Origin: Heteronotia binoei
Lineage: Eukaryota
Assembly: GCF_032191835.1 (NCBI RefSeq)
Contig: NC_083239.1
Span: 16,306,001-16,370,000 of the forward strand
Length of the DNA: 64,000 nt
Direction: 5' to 3'
A program made the position numbers and the translations under genes. Of this stretch, positions 47,661 through 57,525 are shown piece by piece. The stretch's first letter is position 1. Each line of letters opens with the position of its first letter. The notes beneath the pieces are model-generated. The model was not told where the DNA came from and searched no databases. It saw only the letters and a list, made by a program, of their open reading frames with translations.

Positions 47661-47846
47661 ATTCCATCTCCAGTGTTTTGAAGGGAAATGGTAGGATTTA
47701 AAAGGACACATCTTTAAGGCTGTGATAACTGTTAAAGGGAGCCAGTTCATGACACTGGAACCACTGAGTGTCACCACTTTCCAATAATTAGAACAAAATT
47801 ATCACAGAATCTGGTAGTTGTCAAAAGGCCTGACAGTTCACTAGGG

Positions 47847-48613
47847 CAGAGGTGTCAAACTCATTTGTTATGAAGGTGTCAAGCATGAGATCTCAAAATA
47901 ACCAGTCCTTGAATCTTGAAACAAAGTTTGGTTTATTGATAATCCATGTGGCTCATCCGAGCTGGGAAGAAATTGGAACTGATACTTTGTAACAGTAGAA
48001 TACAGGCTTTAAAATGGCACATCAAAGGTTCTATAAACAATTCTACATTCACGTGTGAAATTCACACGCTGGGTTCCTTATCTATCTTGTGGCTAGCACA
48101 TCCTGGGTTCAGGATGTTGTAATGCCAGGTAGCAGAGATATGAACTTTATAATGGACACAGACAAACACAATTAAATATTTTTTTAAAAAAAATATTTAA
48201 ACATGCTTAAAACATTAGCACTTGTTGGTCTTAAAGGTGCTTTCTTTGTATCTCTCCCTTGGGATCCAGGAGCTCGTGCTCTTTACTTCCTTCCCCAGAG
48301 GACCAGGAGGGGGAGGAGCTTCAGCCAATAGAAGGAAGAGAGGCTTGGCTCAGTAGCTCTGCTGTGTGATTGAGGGAGCCTGGCAAAGCAAGCTCCCCTC
48401 CCCCCTTCCTCTCCAAGGGAGGAGCATCAGCCATTGGAGAAAATAGAGGTTTTGCTCTGTAACTCCTGTGGGATTAAGCAAGCCTTGCAAAGCAAGCTGT
48501 TATGCAGAAGGAAGCAAGAGAGGGAGAAGGAAGCAGGCAACAGCCAGTTGCTTGGGGGCCTGCTGGAGTCCTCTGGCCTGATTTGGCTCCTGGGCTGCAT
48601 GTTGACACCTCTG
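47847..48613. mobile_element. Non-autonomous hAT-Charlie-type element
   Basis: TIR CAGAGGTGTCAA(A)C/GTTGACACCTCTG and a perfect 8-bp TSD CACTAGGG. Confidence 0.9.
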
Positions 48614-48687
48614 CACTAGGGGGTTGCAATGTTGTGGTGATATGCTTGAACCTTGGGGATATGGTGGAAATGATGACACTGGCACAA

Positions 48688-48890
48688 ATGGGGCCATGGC
48701 CCAGTGGTAGAGCATCTGCTTGGCACACAGAAGGTCCCAGATTCAATCCCCGGAATTTCCAGCTTTAAAAAGGATCAGATAGTAGATGTTCTGAAAGACC
48801 TTGGACTGAGACTCTGGAGAGGCTTTGCCAGTCAGGAGGCAAGACAGCCCTTGATACAGTGATCTGGCTATGTACAAGGCAGCTTCATGT
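48688..48890 (+). mobile_element. tRNA-derived SINE (second family)
   Basis: GGGGCCATGGCCCAGTGGTAGAGCATCTGC..GATTCAATCCCC head. Antisense copies at 59040-59250 and 60930-61130. Confidence 0.75.
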
Positions 48891-49064
48891 AGGAGGCAAT
48901 AATTATAGTACTGAACATTTACAGTCCATTTTAAGTCTTCAGAGCCTTTCATGTTGGTGGACTGATTCAGTTCATACGTTGCCCCAAACCATTTGTTATG
49001 GAAACTTAATTATTTATCAGTTTAGAAGCAACAAGTAAATTCAGGTTTATTTAGACACTTTGTA

Positions 49065-49280
49065 GCATTGCCAACTCCAGACTGTGAAATTCTTGGAGAT
49101 TGGGAGGTGAGGTGGTGCTTGTGGAGGGCAGGGTTTGGGAAAGGACCTCAGTGGGGTATAACAGTATAGAGCCCACCCTCCAAAACTGCCTTTTTCTCCA
49201 GAGAGACTGGTCTCTGTAGTCTGGAGATAAGCTGGAATTTTGGGAGAACTTCAACCTCTGCTTGAGGTTGGCAGTCCTAG
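49065..49280 (-). mobile_element. hAT MITE (TAGGGTTGCCA family)
   Basis: TAGCATTGCCAACTCCAG...GGTTGGCAGTCCTA; family body. Confidence 0.75.
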
Positions 49281-51795
49281 ATGCTTGTCCACTCAGGAAT
49301 ATATGTTTTGTGAAACAGGACACTGAGCTCCTAGGCCATTAGCATGATCCAGAAGGGCTGTTCTTACTGTCTTATGCAGCCTGGAACTTTTTATTCTTCT
49401 TCAACCCCAAATCTGTCAGTATAAATAAATGAATTTACTGCTGTGCCAGGATGGCATGCCACTGCTCTGCTGGGGATGAAAGCGCATGCTTGAATGCATG
49501 GCTCCCTGTGTTAAAAGCCTTGGTTAAAAAAGAGCATCGCTCTTGGAACTGATCTAATGAGAGCTGCAATTGCAATCCAAAGAAACCTGCTGCGTTTCAC
49601 TTTGTTCCCTCTGAACTCACTCTGTCCTTGCCTGGTGTGAACTGCTCTGTATTGGGCCCTGTGCTTTTGTAAGATTTGCCTTGGTGTTTGAAGAGAGATG
49701 CAGGGGCCTTGCTGGGAGACTAGCTGTTCATCAGTGCAAGATTGCGCAAAAGTTCTTGTTGAGGTAATGTGGGAATCTGAGAACTGCTTGAATCTGAAGC
49801 TTTGCACATTGAAAGAAACTAGGAAGGAGGGGTGTGTGTTGCTTTTGTAAAATATTTGTGGGTATGTTTGCGAATTTGAACAAAGGAAGAAAGAGATTAA
49901 CCAAATGTGGCCATCCATATTGCCTATTTATGATCTACTTTAAACAACCCCCCCCACACACACACACACACCTCTTTTTGTAATGTGAAATTGAAACAGA
50001 GTTGTGGAGATTTATAACTTCTGCTTCTGGTAAACATAGTGCAGTGTGAGATTGGGATGCATGTATGCACACACACAGTTCCTGTTGTGCACTGCTGCAG
50101 TGGGCTAATTCAATGGCATTTAATGTGAAATGGAGAAAATCCAATTGATTAAAAGAATCTAATTAGCGTGCTTTAACTGCCTCCCCCCCCCCACTACTGT
50201 GGGTGTGCTGGTCAATTGGGTAGAGATTCTCTACTGCTGTTCAAGGTACACTGAAGCTTTATCTGCTTTCTGACATGTGGAAGGATGCAGACTGAAATGG
50301 GATGTCTGCTTGTTGAGTCTGCTGCTGAGGGTAAAGACAACAGTATGTGTATACCTGAATTCTCTCTGTTTGTGTATGCATTGCACAGGGCTGCTGACTC
50401 AATGGTAAGAAGTCACCCTGCAGTGCCCTTCTTCCTGTCCATGGTTTGCTTGGAGTGTGGGTGAGTGTGTGTGTAGTACAAAGCCGTGGAAATTGTATTG
50501 TGCTCAGTTTCGTGGACATGGCCTCTGTGCTTAGGAGACAAAATTCATCACAATATTTATCCTGTTTGGAAGAAGATGATTTCCGTCTGTCAGGCATTTG
50601 TGAAAAGTTCCAAGCATCAGTCCATGAATCGGATGGAAACACTGAGTGGAAAAGCTGGGCTCTCCTTCCATAGCAGCTTTTGACAGACGCCATTTTCTTT
50701 CAAGAAAATTATAATGTTGTTCATATTGTTTAAGAATTCTTTGTGTTACACTTTCATGCATATGTTTATGGACACTGGTAGAATGTAAGCAGATGCTTCC
50801 TGCTCACTGTTGGAGAAGTCAAACCAGCTCCAGCTCTGGCTATGTGGAGTGTTACTCAAGTGCAAAAGGACTGATGTCTAAATGGTTTAGGAATATGCCC
50901 TGAGAAACTTCTGAAAATGCAGACTTTACATATTGAAATCTGTGTGTTATTGGGGGGCAGGATATTTCACCCAGATAACCAGGTTTCTGCACATCAAAAG
51001 TGAATTCAGAACGGTAAATGTGTATCATTTGGCATAATTCTGCTTTTCTGAAATATAAAGAAGGAGCAAATTTCATCCCCTGACTGATAGGAGGAATTAG
51101 TTATCCCTCTGGTGTCTGAGATTTCTCTAGGTACTGCACATTTTCTAGCGCATATTTTCCAACCATGAGGGCTAGAAACTTGCTTGCGAAATAGTAAGAC
51201 AAAAGTAAAATTGAGTTTCTTGAGAAGCTGGAAATATGTATCCAGTGTTGTGCTTGTATGTTTAGTGCCATGTATGCAGCCCTGGCTTATAGCATCAATT
51301 TGGAGAGGGAGATTTATAATTTAAGTGTAGTCTTAGAGAACTCTGCAATGTTTCCCTCTTCTAAAATCACTGGATTTACAAGACCTTGTTCCTGAATTTA
51401 CTAAAGTTAGTGTAATCAGAACTGCCACTGCTTCTTTGGATGGCATTTTATGGGTTAACAGAGCTCCTCCAGTTTGGGGCATTTAAAAATGTGCAGATGG
51501 TTAACCCATTTGTTTTTTTGTCACCATGCTATTATCCAGCAATTCATGTGCCTTCAGAGCTGTACTTGCAGAATTTGGCATGGGTATTGCCCTGAAGAAT
51601 GCTGTATAGGCTAGGATGGGGTGAGGCCTATCACGTCTGACCCAGTTTCTACAAGAACTGAAGATGACCTGGAAAATATGCTCCCAGGGCCTAGTACATC
51701 ACACTGGGGTCCTGTGACAGATGTTCAAGAGTCCCTTGACAAGATGCATCAGTGTAGAAAAGATTTCCTGAAACTAGATGGAAAGAATCATTGCC

Positions 51796-51946
51796 CAGGG
51801 CCAAATCTAGGGGGGAGCAGAGGGTTTGTGTGCCAAATTGGGTATGGAGTCCATTCTATTCTATGGGCCCATAAGATAGAATGGCCCATAAGGGGGTGTC
51901 ATTTTTAAATTTTGTCCCCCCTCAAAAACATGTATATCTGGTCCTG
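51796..51946 (+). mobile_element. hAT (Tip100-like) MITE
   Basis: TIR CAGGGCCAAATCTA/TATATCTGGTCCTG and a perfect 8-bp TSD TCATTGCC. Confidence 0.9.
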
Positions 51947-52429
51947 TCATTGCCCCCTTGAAAGCCTCCATGGTGCAAATTAGATATGAAATGAGAAGGA
52001 ACATCAAAGTGACCAGAGCAAGATTCGAGTCCAGTCGCACCTTTAAACTAACAAGATATCCAGAGTATAAGCTTTGGAGACGCAAAGCTTCCTTCATCGA
52101 ATACCAGTAGCAAACTGACAAAGGGAGCTTTCACTCTTCTGCTACAGAACAACATGGCTACTCACCTGAAAATAGAAAACAATCAGCCTGTGATCCATCT
52201 GCAGCAGTGCCCTCCGTAGTGCCTGCCAATGAGCTTCCTGCTGCCCTTTTCCAACAAAGTGATCTCTTCTCCAAAGCAAAGAGCCTGTCTTGGATTTCCT
52301 GCACCTCATGGTGGGGGGGGGGTGCTTTAGAAGAACCCAGGAGGTTGCACCTTTGTTTCCACAGGGAACTCACATTCAGGTTGAAATGGCTGCCTTTGTT
52401 GATTGGCTTTTAATGTTTCTCTGTGTTGT

Positions 52430-52899
52430 GATTAGCTCCAGCACCTAGAATCAAAAAATATCTGGGGACTTTGGGGTGGAGTCAGAAGCAAGGGAACAAG
52501 CATGATCTAACTCCAACGGGAGTTCTGGCAATCACATTTTAAGGGACCGCACACCTTCTAAATTTGGAAATAGTAGATAGGAGCACCTTCTTCTGGGGCT
52601 CATAGAACTGGACCCCCTGGTCCAATTTTTTTTGAAATTTACATGGTGTTTTGAGAAGAGACACTAGATGTTATGCTGAAAATGTGGTGCATCTACCTAA
52701 AAAAACCAGCTCCCCTAGAGTCCCAGATACCCACAGATCAGTTCTCCATTATACCTTATGATGGGAATCTGTCTCCATAGGGAATGGAGTGCCCAGCAGA
52801 CATTTCCCCCCTCCTACCCACTTTCTGATGACCCTGAAATGGGGAGAGGGCTTCCAAACTGGGAGATCTCCTGCCCTCATCTGGGGCTTGGCAACGTTA
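52430..52899 (+). mobile_element. Old copy of the 54808-55326 hAT MITE family
   Basis: Colinear with 54830-55326; ends TTGGCAACGTTA. Confidence 0.75.
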
Positions 52900-54807
52900 C
52901 CAGCACCCCTTGGCAGCCATTTTGTGGTGGTGCCTACTCCTCAAAATTATAAAAGTGTCCACAGAATGACAAGATTGGGGACCTTTGCTCTACATACTGT
53001 ATAACAGGAGTCTTATTTCCTGAGAAGAAACATTTCAGAAAATGGGAAGTTTATCAGGATACAGTGCATATTCTTGCTATGGCCCTTCTATATTACCTTT
53101 GCTTTTGCAGAGCTGCAGTAACTGCAGCCTATGGACATCTGATAGCAAAGCACAACAAGGGCTGTTTGTGTAAAAGTCAAGTACCATTTTGCAGAACGGT
53201 GACAATAAAGCGGCATTACTTAGAGGAATCCAGGGAGATTTTTCGTGAAGTTGCCCCTTAAATGTTAAAGGCTGTTAAAAAGGAGTTGACGTTCAATAAA
53301 GCAGAAATGAATTTGCAGCCTAATGTTTGAATTCCCTCATGCCAAAGCCAAATGTCATGGAATTCTGGGGTTGTTTAGAAAGATTGCATTTGAGAAGCTC
53401 AGCTTATTTTGTTCCAGCTAGGCATGGGCAGACTTCTTTCTTTCGGTGGAAGGTTAAAAAGAGAGGTGACAAGGGGCTGCCTCCATCTAGAATCATCCTC
53501 ATTCCTTCATTCAGTTTTAGTGGAGAATGCAGACCACAGTATTGACAACATTTTATCTGAGTATTTCCCCCATTGGCTTCCTTTCTCTTGGTCAGATGTG
53601 ATTTGTGGTGATTCCCCCCCACCCTATACAATGGCAGCAGGCTGCTTGGTGTGCACAGTGGTACTGAGGGTTTCGCAATGCTGCTATCTGTTCTTCTGTA
53701 CTGTATTTTCAGGGCTAAATTACGATTCATTCTTCCTGCCGCTGTTTCTGTTTTTCATCTTTAGTCATTAATACTTTTTTTTTTAACTTTCTGCAATTAA
53801 TCCTTTGTTATCCATTCTTATTCTTAAGTGGGTGCTATTCTCTGCCCTTAAGCAAGTTATTAACCCTTCCATGAGGGGGAAATGATGATACTACCTTAGC
53901 ACAAGGGTCAAAGTGACCCCATATTACAGCAAAAAATAATGGAAGCTTGATAGTGCTCTCAATCATGGCATTCGCTACTAAGAAAAAAATCAGGCCTTAA
54001 GAATGACTTTTTTAGCAATGCAGGACAAAGAGTGAAATTTGGAACTGGGGTCAAAAATCTCCCTCATTGAATGCTGCTGTCTGTCTTAATGCTGCAGATG
54101 GCTGTACCATTTCACCTTTGGCCTAACGGGTCATTTGACATTCAAGGAAGTGATGCCTTTTCTTTGTTTTGGATCAGTGAAGCTGTGAACAATTCGTAAT
54201 ATAGCTCTGTATGGTCTCTTTTGATTGGTTGTGGCTCTCCAAGAACTCATGGGGAGAGAATTCTTTCCCACCTCTGCTTCCTGAGCTCTTTCATCTATCC
54301 AATCAAGATGGCTTGATAGAATATTAGATGCTCCTACCGAGTCATAGTTAACATAGTGTGAACCAATTTGGGAAGAACCACTTAAGCAAATGAGCTGATA
54401 TAGACACAGCATCATTGGTAGTTTAGGGGTGTTACTGTGTATGGATGCTAAACTTAAATAATTCATTTGATGGTGTTAGAAAGTGCTGCCAAGTTGCAGC
54501 TGATTTATGGTAACCCTGTAGGGTTTTCAAGGCAACAAGCAATCAGATGTGGTTTGCTATTACCGTCTCTGTGTAGCAGCCTTGAACATGGACCCCTGTC
54601 ATGATCCTAGGTCTAGTGAGGCCTCCAGGGAAGCCTATATTAAATTAGTTACAAGGCCCATATTTCTCAGGATCCCTTCTGTCCCTCTGATTGGGTGGGC
54701 AGCAGTTTTGGAGGGAAAACTTGCCCAGACGGCTGGGACCTGGGAGAAAAGCATAAAAAGGCTAGCTACAGAAAAGAGAAGTGTTTTCAGTAAAGGCTGG
54801 GCTGGAG

Positions 54808-55326
54808 TAGGGTTGCCAAGTCCAATTCAAGAAATATCTGGGGACTTTGGGGATGAAGCCAGGAGACTTTGGGGGTGGAGCCAGGAGACATTGGGGGCGG
54901 AGCCAGGAGCAAGGGTGTGACAAGCATAATTGAACTCCAAGGGAGTTCTGGTCATCACATTGAAAGGGACAGCACACCTTTTTAAAGCCTTCCTTCAATA
55001 GGAAATAATGAAGGATAGGGGCACTTTCTTTGGAAGCTCATAGAATGGGATCCTCTTGTCCAATCGTTTTGAAACTTGGGAAGTATTTTGGGGAGGGGCA
55101 CTAGATGCTATACTGAAAATTTGGTGCCTCTACCTCAAAAAACAGCCCCCCAGAGTCCCTGATATCTGCGGATCAATTCCCCATTATTCCCTAAAACTGC
55201 CGGAGATCTAGAGCTGTGGGGGCTGGGGGGGTGGGACTTCCCCCTGCCGGCTAGCTGGCTGGGGGGCGGGGGGACACCTGTAAAACCAGGAGATCTCCCG
55301 CTGGGACCTGGGGATTGGGAAGCCTA
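54808..55326 (+). mobile_element. Non-autonomous hAT (Blackjack-like TIR)
   Basis: TIR TAGGGTTGCCAA/TTGGGAAGCCTA and a perfect 8-bp TSD GGCTGGAG (54800-54807 / 55327-55334). Confidence 0.92.
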
Positions 55327-55604
55327 GGCTGGAGAGAGGGGTGGCCAGACCGTCCCGGTCTCCCGGGACATTCCCGGATCTGGCCACCCAATCCCGGATC
55401 CCGGGCTGCCTATACCGGGACCATTAAAGGTCCCGGTTTAGGCAGCCCAGGAGCCGGTGGGCCGCGGGCGCGGGCGGGGAAGGCGGGGAGTGAGGGAGGG
55501 AGCGTCCCTGCGCCTGCGCAGGGCCCCTGCGCACGCGCAGGGACGCTCCCACCCTCACTCCCCGCCTTCCCCGCCCGCGCGCGGGGCCCGGCGGCAGTGG
55601 TGGA

Positions 55605-56298
55605 GGCCTCTCCGTGGCCTCCGCTGGTCGCTGGAAGCCCTCCAGAGACTCTGGAGGGCCTCCAGCGACCAGCGGAGGCCGCGGAGAGGCCGCGGGGCAC
55701 CCGGCGCTGGTCCCGGAAGGCCTTCCAGAGCCTCTGGAAGGCCTTCGGGGACCAGCGCCGGCCAGCGAAGGCTTCCCCGCGGCCTCCGCTGGTCCCTGGA
55801 GGCCCTCCAGAGTCTCTGGAGGGCCTCCAGGGACCAGCGGAGGCCGCGGGGAAGCCGCGGGGCACCCGGCGCTGGTCCCGGAAGGCCTTCCAGAGCCTCT
55901 GGAAGGCCTTCCGGGACCAGCGCCGGCCAGCGAAGGCTTCCCCGCGGCCTCCGCTGGTCCCTGGAGGCCCTCCAGAGTCTCTGGAGGGCCTCCAGGGACC
56001 AGCGGAGGCCGCGGGGAAGCCGCGGGGCACCCGGCGCTGGTCCCGGAAGGCCTTCCAGAGGCTCTGGAAGGCCTTCCGGGACCAGCGCCGGCCAGCGAAG
56101 GCTTCCCCGCGGCCTCCGCTGGTCCCTGGAGGCCCTCCAGAGTCTCTGGAGGGCCTCCAGGGACCAGCGGAGGCCGCGGGGAAGCCGCGGGGCACCCGGC
56201 GCTGGTCCCGGAAGGCCTTCCAGAGCCTCTGGAAGGCCTTCGGGGACCAGCGCCGGCCAGCGAAGGCTTCCCCGCGGCCTCCGCTGGTCCCTGGAGGC
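55605..56298. repeat. 165-bp tandem repeat (about 4.2 copies), each unit = 85-bp palindrome + 61-bp palindrome
   Basis: GCTTCCCCGCGG recurs at 55771, 55936, 56101 and 56266. Arms checked base by base. Confidence 0.97.
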
Positions 56299-56825
56299 AC
56301 GCTGAAGCAGCCTGTCGGTCACTTCCAGGTTCCTGTCCTGCATCTTGACCGGTGTTATTAGTGACAGGCTGCTTCGGCGTGCCGCTGCGCCGGCCCCCTT
56401 GGTCCCACAACGATGGGACCGATGCCACAGGGACGGGCTCGAAACACTCTATAACCCCTCAAAAGAACAGCAGTCTAGCTCGCTTCCCCCGAGCCCTGCC
56501 GCCATAAGCCTCAAGGGGGCTCATTTTGCGGCATCTCCCGGCGGGAGGGTGGCACCCGCACGGGACACATATCAAATGAAAGAGGGGGCGCAGGGCTATC
56601 AGAAACAGTCGGCGGAGGGAGTCGGGAGACCACCCCACTGGGGGATCCACACCCCGAAAGTGATGAAGGTGGCGCAGATAGAGCCAACAGAGCCAACAGG
56701 ACAAAATAAATAGGCTGCATTATGCAGCACAGTTGAGAAAGTGCCTTATCCCATATACTGATGAAGTATATACAGGATTTGAGAACAAAATTGTTTCCGG
56801 CGGTGATATTTGGGGGATTTTTGGG

Positions 56826-56981
56826 GACGTCACAGGAAGTGCTGTGAAGTCACTTCCTGTTTCCGGCAGGTGACGCGGGGGAAATGATGTCACAGGAAGT
56901 GATGCCACTTCCTGTTTCCGGTGGTGGCATGACATCACCGGAAGTGACGTCACCGGAAGTGACGTCACTTCCTGTTTCCGG
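56826..56981. promoter_or_regulatory. Cluster of ETS (GGAAGTG) and CRE motifs, including two tandem CCGGAAGTGACGTCA
   Basis: Seven GGAAGTG cores. Exact ETS-CRE composites at 56938-56952 and 56953-56967. Function not shown. Confidence 0.45.
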
Positions 56982-57429
56982 CGGCGCGCGCGCTTCGAGC
57001 GCGCGCACCCCCCCCCCCCCCCCCAGTGTCCCTGGCTGGCCTTCAGACATTATGGTCACCTTGGAGGTTGCAGCTAGAAGTGATCCCTCACCCAAGGGGG
57101 TGGTGAGTCTGTAGAGGAAGGAAACCTTTAGTTCGTCATCTCAGGGCTATTATTTTCTTTGCATCACCTTTACTGTTTCTACCTTTCACTGTTGCACTAA
57201 TAATTAAAACTGAGTCATTTAGTTTTGAGCACCCACAATAAAATGATTGTTATACTGCCTGGGTCCTCACGTCTCTTTGGTCACGGATAGAAGGTGCTTT
57301 GTAAAGAAGGAAGACAGAGGTGGGTGGGTGGTCTGGGCCCTCCCACACAGACTCTTATCAGAGTGGTGGCAGCCAGTAGAAGCCCCTCTCCGGTCCCCTG
57401 CTGCGTGACAACTTTACACTTTCTTTACC

Positions 57430-57525
57430 ATTGGTGGTGTCCCATCCAAGTACTAACCAGTACTGTCTCCTTTATGAGATCTGTCAAGATCAGGCTGGTC
57501 TGCTCATCCAAATCAGGGTAAGAAT
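57430..57525 (-). mobile_element. 5S-derived SINE head
   Basis: TGTCCCATCCAAGTACTAACCAG...GAGATCTGTCAAGATCAGGCT, reverse complement of the 5S head. Confidence 0.65.

Larger units (their letters stand above)
55337..57063. mobile_element. CpG-rich, hairpin-built non-autonomous element with hAT-Blackjack-like ends
   Basis: Left end AGGGGTGGCCAGACCGTCCC, right end reverse complement CAAGGTGACCATAATGTC, GGGAC/GTCCC subterminal motifs, at least 12 internal hairpins. No TSD identified. Confidence 0.65.

Noticed and set aside
48688-48760. tRNA gene
   Set aside because: The tRNA-like head runs into a SINE body present in three copies, and the acceptor stem is not closed.
55605-56298. CRISPR-like array
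   Set aside because: Eukaryotic context, units nearly identical with no variable spacers, and no cas genes.
55315-56428. Six overlapping 244-348-aa ORFs covering all frames
   Set aside because: The GC-rich palindromic repeat lacks stop triplets on either strand. The products are 55-aa repeats with no protein signature, so the ORFs are a by-product of the repeat.
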